DNA of 64,000 nt from a virus. Shown piece by piece: positions 19,727-29,513 of this stretch (the first letter of the stretch is position 1; the number at the start of each line of letters is the position of its first letter). The position numbers and the translations under genes are program-made. Below the pieces are notes generated by a model. The model ran no database searches, had not been told where the DNA came from, and saw only the letters and a program-made list of their open reading frames with translations. The DNA is taken from positions 1 to 64,000 of the IMG/VR virus record IMGVR_UViG_3300010883_008292; one strand, written 5' to 3'.

Positions 19727-21637
19727 ATGGCATTTCAGCTATCACCAGGTGTTCTCGTAACAGAGAGGGACTTAACCAGTGTTGTTCCAGCAGTCGCTAC
19801 TACAGTAGGCGCGATTGTTATAGACGCACAATGGGGTCCTGTTAACGAGATCACAACAATTAGTTCAGAGAACAAATTAGTTGATACCTTCTTAAAACCT
19901 GATTCAACAAATTATGAATCATGGTTAACAGCAGCTAGCTTTTTGGCTTATGGTAGTAATCTTAAAGTAGTTAGAAGTATAGACGATACAACAGCATTGA
20001 ACGCAGGTTCAACAGCAGGCGTCTTAATTACTAACGAAGAAGACTACGACAATAACCATTCTAGTGGCGAAGGTTCTAATGGTATATGGGCAGCAAAACA
20101 TCCAGGAGTCATAGGCAATTCGCTTAAGGTTTCATTTGCAGACTCAAGTAACTACGATACTAACTCAGTAGCATCCGCTACAGTTAGTGCAGGAGGATCT
20201 AGTTATACTAGCTCTCCAACAGTTGCTTTTGCAGCACCAGGTTCGGGAATTACAGCAACAGGTACAGCTACAGTTAGTGGCGGTGCAGTTACTGCAATTA
20301 CTATAACGAACCCTGGTAACGGATATTCCAGCGCACCAGCTATTACATTCAGTGGAGGAGGCGGATCTGGAGCAACAGCTACAGCCGTACTCGCAACTGA
20401 TTGGACTTACAAAGCAAACTTTTCCCGTGCACCTTTAACATCTACGAATGTAGCATTAGTGGCAGGCTCAAATGATGAGTTCCACATAATTGTTATAGAC
20501 GAAGATGGATTATTTTCAGGTGTAGCAGGTACAGTTTTAGAAAAATTCGAAGCAGTATCCAAAGCTTCCGATGCGAAAAGTCTACAAGGCGGATCAAATT
20601 ACTATAAAGACGTGATTAATAATCAGTCTGATTTAATTCGTTTCACAGACCAACCAGCAGGGGACAGCACTTGGGGCACAGCTTCAGCAGGAACAGCATA
20701 CACATCAGTCTTTACAGCAGCAGAGTCTACTGTAAGCCTGACAGGTGGCGTTTCCGACGCACCAGACAGTGGAGATATTCAAACATCTTACGCATTATTT
20801 GGAGACGCAGAAACTACTGACGTCAACCTAGTAATGACAGCAGGCTGGTCAAACGTGGATAAAAAGTGGGTACAAGATAACGTAGGCAAAGTCAGAAAAG
20901 ACTGTATTGTTTTCGTATCACCACAATCTACATCAGTAGTAAACAATTCCGGTTCAGAAGTTACACAAATAAAAAGTGATAAGGCAGCAATGTCAGCCAC
21001 ATCTTATAGTGTAATGGATGGCAACTGGAAATATCAATACGACAGATACAACGACGTATATAGATGGGTTCCATTAAATGGAGATATAGCAGGTCTATGT
21101 GTAAACACAGACAACGTTAGAGATCCTTGGTACTCACCAGCAGGCTTCAACAGAGGTCAACTCAGAAACGCAGTAAAATTGGCATTCAATCCAACTAAGG
21201 CGAATAGAGATGACTTATACCAAGACGGTGTAAACCCTGTTATAAATAGTCCAGGAAACGGTATCGTATTATTTGGGGACAAGACATTACTTGCAGCACC
21301 TAGTTCGTTTAATAGAATTAACGTTCGAAGATTGTTTATTGTTTTAGAAAAAGCAGTAGCAACAGCAGCTAAGTATCAATTGTTTGAATTTAACGACGCA
21401 TTTACAAGAGCACAATTTACAAGTTTGCTTACACCTTTCTTAAGAGACGTCCAAGGACGTAGAGGAATATATGACTTTAAAGTTATATGTAACCAAAGTA
21501 ATAATACAGGCGAAGTAGTTGATAGAAACGAATTTGTAGCAGACATATTTATTAAGCCTGCCAAAACTATTAACTTCATACAGCTTAACTTTATTGCCAC
21601 AAGAACTGGTGTTGCATTCGAAGAAATTGGCGGGTAA
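19727..21637 (+). CDS. 18: tail sheath protein gp18
   Basis: [32 protein letters not shown]. Confidence 0.97.
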   Translation: MAFQLSPGVLVTERDLTSVVPAVATTVGAIVIDAQWGPVNEITTISSENKLVDTFLKPDSTNYESWLTAASFLAYGSNLKVVRSIDDTTALNAGSTAGVLITNEEDYDNNHSSGEGSNGIWAAKHPGVIGNSLKVSFADSSNYDTNSVASATVSAGGSSYTSSPTVAFAAPGSGITATGTATVSGGAVTAITITNPGNGYSSAPAITFSGGGGSGATATAVLATDWTYKANFSRAPLTSTNVALVAGSNDEFHIIVIDEDGLFSGVAGTVLEKFEAVSKASDAKSLQGGSNYYKDVINNQSDLIRFTDQPAGDSTWGTASAGTAYTSVFTAAESTVSLTGGVSDAPDSGDIQTSYALFGDAETTDVNLVMTAGWSNVDKKWVQDNVGKVRKDCIVFVSPQSTSVVNNSGSEVTQIKSDKAAMSATSYSVMDGNWKYQYDRYNDVYRWVPLNGDIAGLCVNTDNVRDPWYSPAGFNRGQLRNAVKLAFNPTKANRDDLYQDGVNPVINSPGNGIVLFGDKTLLAAPSSFNRINVRRLFIVLEKAVATAAKYQLFEFNDAFTRAQFTSLLTPFLRDVQGRRGIYDFKVICNQSNNTGEVVDRNEFVADIFIKPAKTINFIQLNFIATRTGVAFEEIGG

Positions 21638-21639
21638 CG

Positions 21640-21647
21640 TATAAATA
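21640..21647 (+). promoter_or_regulatory. T4 late promoter
   Basis: TATAAATA upstream of gene 19. Confidence 0.85.
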
Positions 21648-21666
21648 GTACAAAAGGAGAATATCA

Positions 21667-22182
21667 ATGGATATTACAGAATTTAAAGGTAAATTAGGAG
21701 CAGGAGGCGCTAGGCCTAATCAGTTTTTAGTGACCCTAAACTTTCCATCATCATCCCCCGCCGAGACGAACTATAGCATATTGGTAACAGGAGCAGCCTT
21801 ACCGGCTTCAACTGTTAACCCTGCTATCATACAGTATCGCGGAAGGGAGGTCAAATTAGCTGGCGAAAGGATCTTTGATCCCTGGACCATCACTATTGCT
21901 AACGACACTGAACAGAGTCTTAGACGACCTTTTGAGAATTGGATGAATGCTATGAACGATAGGGAATATAATACGGCTGAGTCATTACACCCAGCTGATT
22001 ATCAAACGCTTATGCACGTTGAACACAAAGATCGTAACGATAACACCTTACCAGGTGGAAGCTACACATTACACGATGCGTTTCCAATAAATATGTCAGA
22101 GATTGCATTACAATATGCACAGAACGACGTTATTGAGGAATATACAGTTACGTTTCAGTATCAATGGTACAGCGTTATTTAA
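21667..22182 (+). CDS. 19: tail tube protein gp19
   Basis: GGARPNQF, GREVKLAGERIFDPWTIT, EEYTVTFQYQW. Confidence 0.95.
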   Translation: MDITEFKGKLGAGGARPNQFLVTLNFPSSSPAETNYSILVTGAALPASTVNPAIIQYRGREVKLAGERIFDPWTITIANDTEQSLRRPFENWMNAMNDREYNTAESLHPADYQTLMHVEHKDRNDNTLPGGSYTLHDAFPINMSEIALQYAQNDVIEEYTVTFQYQWYSVI

Positions 22183-22211
22183 TCCCTTAGGGAGTAGTAA
22201 CAAGGAAAATT

Positions 22212-23807
22212 ATGGATTTATTTGGGTTTGAAATAAAACGGAAGGAGACGCCACAGAGTGAAAAGTCATTCGTGGCGCCTTCAGATGACGGTGCAGTAGA
22301 GTCAATTAGAGCGGGTGGGTACTATGGTACCTACATGGACCTGGAAGGGATCGCACAAACCGAAGCTGAATTGATTAAACGGTATCGAGACATTGCCTTA
22401 ATGGCAGACGTCGATACGGCCGTTGAAGATATAATCAACGAGTCGGTTGCACAGTTGGAGAATGAATCTCCAGTTGAAATCAACCTTGATGATGTAAAAC
22501 TTTCATCAAGTGTTAGAAAAAGCATGGCCGTTGAATTTGAGAACATAAAGAACATCCTGGACTTTAAGGATAGAGCCCAGGACTACTTTAGAAGATGGTA
22601 TGTAGATGGACGGATTTATTTCCATAAGGTAATAGATCTTGAGAAACCTAAACAGGGTATAGTAGATATTAGATACATTGACCCTAGAAAGATTAGGAAA
22701 GTACGTGAAGTTAAGAAGGAGAAAAATCCTTCTGGTATATTGTTTGTAACAGAGGTTAAAGAGTTTTTTATATATAATGATAAAGGCGTAACTCAGAAAC
22801 CTGGAGCGTATGTAGCACCTGAGAATCAGCAAGGGCTGAAAATAACAAAGGATGCTATAGCTTTTGCTCCAAGTGGTTTAATAGATCACGATAAACAAAT
22901 ACCTTTATCGTATTTGCATAAGGCCATCAGGCCAGCAAACCAACTTCGTATGATGGAGAACGCAGTAGTAATTTATAGAATTACAAGGGCTCCTGAAAGA
23001 CGAATATTTTATGTAGATGTTGGTAACTTGCCGAAGATGAAGGCAGAACAATATCTAAAAGACATTATGGATCGTTATCGTAACAAGTTAGTTTACGATG
23101 CTAATACAGGCGAGATCCGTGATGACAAGAAGTTTATGTCAATGTTGGAAGACTTCTGGTTACCCAGAAGAGAAGGCGGGACAGGAACACAGATTGATAC
23201 TTTGCCAGCAGGTCAAAACCTAGGGCAAATAGAAGACGTAGAATACTTTCAACGTAAACTATATCAATCGTTGAACATTCCTATCTCTCGTTTGGAACAA
23301 CAAGCTGGTATGAACTTTGGTAGAGCAGCTGAGATTAATAGAGACGAGATGAAGTTTACAAAATTCATCATCAAGTTAAGAAGAAAATTCTCAGTTATGT
23401 TAAGCGATCTTTTAAAGACGCAATGTTTACTAAAAGGTATTCTAACCGAAGACGATTGGAATCAGATTAAAGATGATATAATGTTTGAGTTTGCTACGGA
23501 TGCTTACTACACAGAGTCTAAAGAGCAAGAGATTTTAAGAAGTAGAGTAGAAGTATTAAACGGATTAGCAGCATACATAGGAACATTTTTTAGTAAAAGT
23601 TACATACAAAAGAACGTTTTAATGTTGACAGATGAACAGATTGAACAGATTGAAACTGAATTATTGGGTGAACCTCAATACCAGAGACAATATCAATGGA
23701 GTCCATTGTCAGCAGTAGATCAAGCAGCCCCTAACGGTGCTGGTAATATAGAAGATGAGGTTCCAGGGGAAGGAAATCCCGAAGGACCCCCTAATGGAGG
23801 AATGTAA
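22212..23807 (+). CDS. 20: portal protein gp20
   Basis: IYRITRAPERRIFYVDVGNLPK, EDFWLPRREGG. Confidence 0.97.
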   Translation: MDLFGFEIKRKETPQSEKSFVAPSDDGAVESIRAGGYYGTYMDLEGIAQTEAELIKRYRDIALMADVDTAVEDIINESVAQLENESPVEINLDDVKLSSSVRKSMAVEFENIKNILDFKDRAQDYFRRWYVDGRIYFHKVIDLEKPKQGIVDIRYIDPRKIRKVREVKKEKNPSGILFVTEVKEFFIYNDKGVTQKPGAYVAPENQQGLKITKDAIAFAPSGLIDHDKQIPLSYLHKAIRPANQLRMMENAVVIYRITRAPERRIFYVDVGNLPKMKAEQYLKDIMDRYRNKLVYDANTGEIRDDKKFMSMLEDFWLPRREGGTGTQIDTLPAGQNLGQIEDVEYFQRKLYQSLNIPISRLEQQAGMNFGRAAEINRDEMKFTKFIIKLRRKFSVMLSDLLKTQCLLKGILTEDDWNQIKDDIMFEFATDAYYTESKEQEILRSRVEVLNGLAAYIGTFFSKSYIQKNVLMLTDEQIEQIETELLGEPQYQRQYQWSPLSAVDQAAPNGAGNIEDEVPGEGNPEGPPNGGM

Positions 23808-23809
23808 AA

Positions 23810-24082
23810 ATGGCAGAAGATTTAGATCAAAGTAAAGAAATTAATGATATGTTAGACAACATGATAGCTGGTAAAGCATCAGATGTCCAAACAGACTTTA
23901 ATAGCTTAATGCAAGATAGGACAAACCATGCAATGGATGTACAAAGAGTTGAAACAGCAAAACAGATGTTTCATCCTCAGAGTGTAGCACCAGAGGGTAT
24001 TCCTATAGAAGGTGAACCATTAGAATTAGTGGATATTGATCCAACAACAGGTATACCTGTTGGAAACGAGACAACAGATTGA
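23810..24082 (+). CDS. hypothetical protein at the gp67 prohead-core position
   Basis: Synteny after gene 20; acidic small protein. Confidence 0.5.
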   Translation: MAEDLDQSKEINDMLDNMIAGKASDVQTDFNSLMQDRTNHAMDVQRVETAKQMFHPQSVAPEGIPIEGEPLELVDIDPTTGIPVGNETTD

Positions 24083-24387
24083 GAACGTTTAACGATTTTA
24101 GAGCAGGAGTTATTACCGAAGCTCCTACCGATGGTGTTGCAAAAGGCTCACTAGAAGGCGATAAGCACATGTGCGCTAGTAAAATCTTTCACAAAGAGTG
24201 GAAGGAAGGCAAAACTATTATAGGTGAACATGCAGAACCAGATGCATATGGAAAAATTAGCTGGTATAAAGTTATGTTTGAACACGGTATAGAAAAAGTT
24301 GAAGTGGATGATGAGGACGTAAAGGTTCTTGAAGAGAATAAACATATTAACCACAGTAATAAAAAGAAATATAACTTACCAACATAG
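24079..24387 (+). CDS. hypothetical head-module protein
   Basis: TTG start overlapping the upstream stop; HMCASKIFH...WYKVMFEHGIE. Confidence 0.6.
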   Translation: MRTFNDFRAGVITEAPTDGVAKGSLEGDKHMCASKIFHKEWKEGKTIIGEHAEPDAYGKISWYKVMFEHGIEKVEVDDEDVKVLEENKHINHSNKKKYNLPT

Positions 24388-24395
24388 GAAAACAA

Positions 24396-24821
24396 ATGGC
24401 AGTCACAGTAAACAACTTAAAATTAACTCAAGTCCAGGGCGTGGTTAGTGTTAGGGGGACTGCAGCGACAGGAACAATAGCTTTAGCAACAACACTAAAG
24501 AAGTCTTCTGAAACGCAAAGCTCCCCAGCAGTAAACATTAAAGGGCTTCATTGGACATTGTCTAGCGGAGCAAGTGCTAAAGTGCAAAGAAACTCCGTTG
24601 TTCTATACGAACTATATGAAAACGGTCAACAAGACTTTTACGGTTTTAGCGACAATTCAGAAAATACAAGCGATATACTGGTTGTAATAGCAGGAGGCGA
24701 TGGCGGAACAGTCATAGTTGATTGTGCTAAAGTATCTGGATATGGTTCACAACAACATCAAGACGCACCACTAGACACTGACGATGCAGGAAGTGTGTAT
24801 GATGGTGGTACATTAGGATAG
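24396..24821 (+). CDS. hypothetical putative virion protein
   Basis: Beta-rich ORF in the head module; ends YDGGTLG. Confidence 0.55.
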   Translation: MAVTVNNLKLTQVQGVVSVRGTAATGTIALATTLKKSSETQSSPAVNIKGLHWTLSSGASAKVQRNSVVLYELYENGQQDFYGFSDNSENTSDILVVIAGGDGGTVIVDCAKVSGYGSQQHQDAPLDTDDAGSVYDGGTLG

Positions 24822-24825
24822 AACA

Positions 24826-25485
24826 ATGAGACTAATTAAAGAATTTAACGAAAGTATTAATTACATTACAGAAGAGAGTAAGGATCCTAAGAAACCTAAC
24901 ATATTCATCGAAGGTGTATTTTTACAAGCAGATATAAAGAACAAAAACGGCCGTGTATATCCGAGATATACTATGCAGCGAGAAGTAGCGCGTTATGTTA
25001 AAGAAAACATTTTAACAAAACGAGCTTATGGAGAGTTAGGACATCCTGACGGACCAACGGTTAATTTAGACCGTGTATCGCACATGATTACATCTCTAAA
25101 AGAAGACGGCAACAATTTTATCGGGAGGGCGAAGATAATGGACACGCCTATGGGTAAGATTGTAAAAGAACTCATAAGCGAAGGTGCTCAACTAGGTGTT
25201 AGTTCACGTGGTTTAGGATCTTTGAAAGAGAGAAACGGCATTAACGAAGTACAAGATGACTTTATGTTAGCAACAGCAGCAGATATTGTTGCTGATCCTA
25301 GCGCCCCAGACGCTTTTGTTAGCGGCATAATGGAAGGAAAGGAATGGGTTTTTGTTAATGGTAAATGGACAGAACAAGATATTGAAGAAGCTAGAGCCAC
25401 TATTTCTGGTGCTAATTCAGCACATTTAGAAGAAGAAAAGCTCCAAGTCTTTAACAATTTCTTAAATAAACTGTCCAAAATCTAA
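24826..25485 (+). CDS. 21: prohead protease gp21
   Basis: GELGHP, RVSHMI, GVSSRGLGS, DIVADPSAPDAFV. Confidence 0.96.
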   Translation: MRLIKEFNESINYITEESKDPKKPNIFIEGVFLQADIKNKNGRVYPRYTMQREVARYVKENILTKRAYGELGHPDGPTVNLDRVSHMITSLKEDGNNFIGRAKIMDTPMGKIVKELISEGAQLGVSSRGLGSLKERNGINEVQDDFMLATAADIVADPSAPDAFVSGIMEGKEWVFVNGKWTEQDIEEARATISGANSAHLEEEKLQVFNNFLNKLSKI

Positions 25486-25501
25486 TAGAAGTCTTAATAA
25501 C

Positions 25502-25509
25502 TATAAATA
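25502..25509 (+). promoter_or_regulatory. T4 late promoter
   Basis: TATAAATA upstream of gene 22. Confidence 0.85.
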
Positions 25510-25561
25510 GTTTATTAGATTATATTAAAACTAGATAATCCGAAAAATAAGGAGAGAAGAA

Positions 25562-26866
25562 ATGGGAGTAGAATCCAAAATCAGAGAACTGCTTGAAGGA
25601 AAGCTTCAGGACGCTACCGTAGCAGTGATAGATGAACAGGAAGCAGGAGACAGAATCTCGCCTATGCAAGGTTCCAGCTCTAAAGCTAACTTACCAACAT
25701 CTACAGCGGACCCACACCGTCCGTTGGACAAAACAGCTGGTGACAAAACTAATCCTTTACAAGGTAATTCCAATCCAAACCCTGAACAGCAAGACCTTAG
25801 CGGTACTAGCAATCCAGAAGGCGGATTAACAAGCCCAGTAGGCAAAGCAGCTTCCGATAAAGCTTCTAAGGCTCCTGGACTAGAAGGCGCAGGCGCTGGT
25901 AAAGCCCCTAACTTTAATGACCAAGAAGATGCTCGTTCAGTCGTAAACCAACCTAGCTCAGCAGGCAACAGAGGACCTGTTGGCGAGAGCGAAGAAGGCA
26001 ACGATGAAGCAACTTTAGAGGAAGAAGAAGTAGCAGAGGAAGAAACTGTAGAGGAAGAAGAAGTAACAGCAGAGGCAGAAGAAGTCATAGCAGAAGAAGA
26101 AGAAACTGAAGAAGAAGCTGAAGCTTCCGAAACACTTTTTGAAGAAGACATTGCTAACTTGTTTGCCGACGAAGAGCATCTTTCAGAAGAATTCAAAACA
26201 AAAGCAGCCTCATTGTTTGAGACTGTCGTTGTAGCTAGAGTCAATCAACAAATAGATTCCATAGAGGATTCACTTGTTGAGGAAGCCAATAAGGCTTTTG
26301 AAGAAGCTAAAGAAAAGCTAGTAGAAAACATTGACAAATATCTCAGTTATGTAACTGAGCAATGGATGTCAGAGAATGAACTAGCTGTTGAGAATGGCCT
26401 GAGGAATGAAATAACTGAGAGCTTTATTAAAGATCTTAAAGAAACGTTCCAAAACCATTACATCGATGTCCCTGAAGACAAATTCGATGTACTAACAACT
26501 CAACAAAAGGAAATAGACGAATTAAAATCTAAGTTAGACGAAGAGATTAATAAGTCTGTGGAAATCAGCGAAGACAGAGAACAACTACAAAAGGAACGGG
26601 TATTCCATTCCGTGGTTAACGATCTAGCTGAAACAGAAGTGGAAAAGTTTGCAACTTTAGTGGCTGACGTAAGTTATGACACCGAAGATTTGTATACTCA
26701 GAAACTAAATGTTATCAAGGAAAACTATTTTCCTAAGGCGAAAGTTGATGATAGCGATAAGCTAGAAGATAGCGTTGATCAGGGAGCATTAGACGACGGA
26801 ACAGTGATGAGCAAATATGTACAAGGTATTACTCAAGCTACTAAGTTTTCTGATGTTAAAGGTTAA
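25562..26866 (+). CDS. 22: prohead scaffold protein gp22
   Basis: LSEEFKTKAASLFE, YLSYVTEQWMSENELAVENG, KENYF; Glu-rich linker. Confidence 0.92.
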   Translation: MGVESKIRELLEGKLQDATVAVIDEQEAGDRISPMQGSSSKANLPTSTADPHRPLDKTAGDKTNPLQGNSNPNPEQQDLSGTSNPEGGLTSPVGKAASDKASKAPGLEGAGAGKAPNFNDQEDARSVVNQPSSAGNRGPVGESEEGNDEATLEEEEVAEEETVEEEEVTAEAEEVIAEEEETEEEAEASETLFEEDIANLFADEEHLSEEFKTKAASLFETVVVARVNQQIDSIEDSLVEEANKAFEEAKEKLVENIDKYLSYVTEQWMSENELAVENGLRNEITESFIKDLKETFQNHYIDVPEDKFDVLTTQQKEIDELKSKLDEEINKSVEISEDREQLQKERVFHSVVNDLAETEVEKFATLVADVSYDTEDLYTQKLNVIKENYFPKAKVDDSDKLEDSVDQGALDDGTVMSKYVQGITQATKFSDVKG

Positions 26867-26879
26867 AAATTAAATTTTT

Positions 26880-26887
26880 TATAAATA
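26880..26887 (+). promoter_or_regulatory. T4 late promoter
   Basis: TATAAATA upstream of gene 23. Confidence 0.85.
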
Positions 26888-26931
26888 ATTAGGTTATAAA
26901 ATATAACAAACGTAAAAACAAGGAGAAACTG

Positions 26932-28197
26932 ATGTATCTTTCAGAAGAACTACAGAAAAAGTGGCAGCCCGTATTAGAGCATCCAGATCTACAAGAGATC
27001 TCGGATCCTTATAAGCGTGCGGTTACGACAGTGGTCCTTGAAAATCAGGAGAAAGCTCTCCGTGAGGAGAAGGAATCCCTTTTCGAGGCAACCCACACAA
27101 ACCAAACAGGCGCAGGCGTAAACAACTACGATCCGATATTAATATCGTTAGTACGACGTGCACTGCCCAACCTTATGGCTTATGACGTTTGTGGTGTACA
27201 ACCAATGTCAGGTCCGACAGGTCTTATCTTCGCAATGAAGTCACACTATGCTACTATGAGTGGCACAGAGGCTTTATTTAACGAAGCAGACACAGACTTT
27301 TCGGGTGCAGGAACACACGCTGGAGCGAATCCAGTAGACGGTTCTTACACAACTGGCACACCAGTATCCACAAGCACTGCAGAAGGCTTCGGAGACTCAA
27401 CTACCCTAAATGAAATGGCGTTTTCAATCGAGAAGACAACTGTTACTGCTAAATCAAGAGCATTGAAAGCAGAATATACAGTTGAACTTGCACAAGATTT
27501 GAAAGCTGTTCATGGGTTAGATGCAGAATCTGAACTAAGTAATATTCTTTCACAAGAAATACTTGCAGAAATTAACCGTGAGGTTATTAGAACTATCTAC
27601 AAAGTAGCAAAAACAGGCTCAGCCTCTACTGCTACAGCTGGTACTTTCGACTTAGATGTCGACAGTAACGGAAGATGGTCCGTAGAAAGATTTAAAGGTC
27701 TATTGTTTAACATTGAACGCGATGCTAACGTAATTGCACAAGACACAAGACGTGGAAAAGGTAATTTTATTATCTGTTCTTCAGACGTGGCGAGTGCGCT
27801 TGCAATGGCTGGTGTTTTAGACTATGCTCCGGCATTATCAACAAACTTAAACGTTGATGACACAGGTAATACATTTGCCGGCGTTCTAAACGGTCGTTAC
27901 AGAGTTTACATAGATCCTTACTCAGCAAACACAGGAGCTGCTAGCCAGTTCTATGTTGCTGGTTATAAAGGCACAAGCCCTTATGACGCAGGTCTTTTCT
28001 ACTGTCCATATGTCCCACTTCAAATGGTTAGGGCGATAGACCCTAGCACATTCCAACCTAAGATTGGTTTCAAGACTAGGTATGGCATGATTGCTAACCC
28101 ATTTGTAATGCAGGCAGACGGAACGACTGACGGTGATACTTTCACTGCAGACCGTAACCAGTATTATAGATCAGTAAAAGTTACAAACTTAATGTAA
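26932..28197 (+). CDS. 23: major capsid protein gp23
   Basis: GVQPMSGPTGLIFAM, ELAQDLKAVHGLDAE, FQPKIGFKTRYG. Confidence 0.98.
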   Translation: MYLSEELQKKWQPVLEHPDLQEISDPYKRAVTTVVLENQEKALREEKESLFEATHTNQTGAGVNNYDPILISLVRRALPNLMAYDVCGVQPMSGPTGLIFAMKSHYATMSGTEALFNEADTDFSGAGTHAGANPVDGSYTTGTPVSTSTAEGFGDSTTLNEMAFSIEKTTVTAKSRALKAEYTVELAQDLKAVHGLDAESELSNILSQEILAEINREVIRTIYKVAKTGSASTATAGTFDLDVDSNGRWSVERFKGLLFNIERDANVIAQDTRRGKGNFIICSSDVASALAMAGVLDYAPALSTNLNVDDTGNTFAGVLNGRYRVYIDPYSANTGAASQFYVAGYKGTSPYDAGLFYCPYVPLQMVRAIDPSTFQPKIGFKTRYGMIANPFVMQADGTTDGDTFTADRNQYYRSVKVTNLM

Positions 28198-28227
28198 ATT
28201 AAGTAGTAACCTTTAAGGTTCAACATT

Positions 28228-28256
28228 AAAACACCCGCTTTCGCGGGTGTTTTTTT
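28228..28256. terminator. intrinsic terminator, probably bidirectional
   Basis: aaaacacccgc-tttc-gcgggtgttttttt between convergent genes. Confidence 0.9.
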
Positions 28257-28267
28257 GTCTAAAATAT

Positions 28268-28483
28268 CTATTTTAGGTTAACGAACTCGTTAAATTGTTT
28301 TGCAACTTCAATAACATCTTGTGCAGTGATAGATCTAACTGGTAGATCTTTTTTACTCTCTGGATGATTGTCGTTGAATAGGTGTGTAGCATCTGTCTCT
28401 TTATTGATATTACTCTCTAAAAGGCCTTCTGCTAAACTAAGTAGGTCGGCTCGGATCTCGAACCCTGATTTATTATCTGACAT
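28268..28483 (-). CDS. small hypothetical late protein
   Basis: AGGAG SD before MSDNKSGFEIRADLL; minus-strand TATAAATA at 28534-28527. Confidence 0.75.
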   Translation of the reverse strand: MSDNKSGFEIRADLLSLAEGLLESNINKETDATHLFNDNHPESKKDLPVRSITAQDVIEVAKQFNEFVNLK

Positions 28484-28553
28484 TATATTCTCCTGTGTGT
28501 GTGTCATGTCCAACATTGGACAAAACTATTTATACAAAAGGTATTCAACCTTC

Positions 28554-28587
28554 TTTACATATGGTTACAAAGAAAGTATTATAAATA
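28554..28587 (+). promoter_or_regulatory. tandem sigma70-like (GGTT-type) and late promoter
   Basis: TTTACA-tatGGTT...-N17-TATTAT overlapping TATAAATA (28580-28587). Confidence 0.65.
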
Positions 28588-28608
28588 CTATTATATAACG
28601 GAGGCCGT

Positions 28609-29037
28609 ATGGCGTATAGTAAGAAAGTAATAGATAGATTCGAATCGGTATTAAACAACCCACACAAACACGCAGTTGGCAGATTTGATCCTAATGATCC
28701 AGATGTAGCTACAGGAATGACAGGAGCCCCAGCATGTGGTGATGTCATGAAGTTAGATCTTAAATTAGATCCCGAAACGGATACAATTTTAGATGTGAAA
28801 TTTAAGACTTATGGTTGTGGCTCAGCAATAGCGAGCTCAACATTGTTTGTGGAGATGCTTAAGGGTAGGACTATTGAACAAGCTAAACTTATTAAAGATA
28901 AGGATATAGCTAAAGCACTAGAATTACCAGCCATTAAGTTACATTGTTCTGTATTAGCAGAAGCTAGTATTAATCAAGCAATCACACATTGGGAACAGAA
29001 GAAAGAGGCTCGTAACCATAACGGAGGACCTGAGTGA
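28609..29037 (+). CDS. iscU: Fe-S cluster scaffold IscU
   Basis: GAPACGDVMKL, FKTYGCGSAIAS, KLHCSVLA. Confidence 0.95.
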   Translation: MAYSKKVIDRFESVLNNPHKHAVGRFDPNDPDVATGMTGAPACGDVMKLDLKLDPETDTILDVKFKTYGCGSAIASSTLFVEMLKGRTIEQAKLIKDKDIAKALELPAIKLHCSVLAEASINQAITHWEQKKEARNHNGGPE

Positions 29038-29354
29038 ATATAGATTTTACTGATGATGCTCTGGTGAAAGCTATAGAAAAGATAGAAACAAATAATAAAG
29101 CAGGCATACGCTTTGCTTTAGACGGTGGCGGGTGTGCAGGATATCAATATGATTTTAATTATGCTGATGGGCCTGAAGAGAGTGATGTTGAACTTGATTT
29201 TGGAAAATTTAAGATGTGGATAGATGCAATGTCAGAAAATTATTTAGATGGTACAGTTATCAGTTGGAAAAAAGAAGGATTAAACGAAGGGTTTCATTTT
29301 AATAACCCATCAGAAGTATCATCATGTGGGTGTGGAGTATCAGTACAATTTTAA
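29034..29354 (+). CDS. iscA: A-type Fe-S carrier (IscA/ErpA/HesB family)
   Basis: GGGCAGYQY and SCGCGVS. Confidence 0.92.
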   Translation: MNIDFTDDALVKAIEKIETNNKAGIRFALDGGGCAGYQYDFNYADGPEESDVELDFGKFKMWIDAMSENYLDGTVISWKKEGLNEGFHFNNPSEVSSCGCGVSVQF

Positions 29355-29357
29355 ATC

Positions 29358-29513
29358 ATGGCATACATAGGAAAGTTTAAAGCAAACACACCAACAAGGA
29401 AGTGTTCGAGTCAAGGCCAAGGAGGCAGAGGAAGAAGAACAAAAATTTCTACAAGTACAATGAACAAGAATAGAAGACGAAGCTATAAAAAATATAAAGG
29501 ACAAGGTAAATGA
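29358..29513 (+). CDS. 51-aa highly basic protein (not in the ORF track)
   Basis: Manual translation MAYIGKFKANTPTRKCSSQGQGGRGRRTKISTSTMNKNRRRSYKKYKGQGK; ATGA-coupled to gene 3. Confidence 0.75.
   Translation: MAYIGKFKANTPTRKCSSQGQGGRGRRTKISTSTMNKNRRRSYKKYKGQGK

Noticed and set aside
25606-26244. 212-aa Ser-rich minus-strand ORF
   Set aside because: Mirror of the Glu-rich gp22 linker.
28495-28505. (TG)n microsatellite as a phase-variation tract
   Set aside because: Only about 5 units; better explained as an unstructured AC-rich leader of the minus-strand gene.
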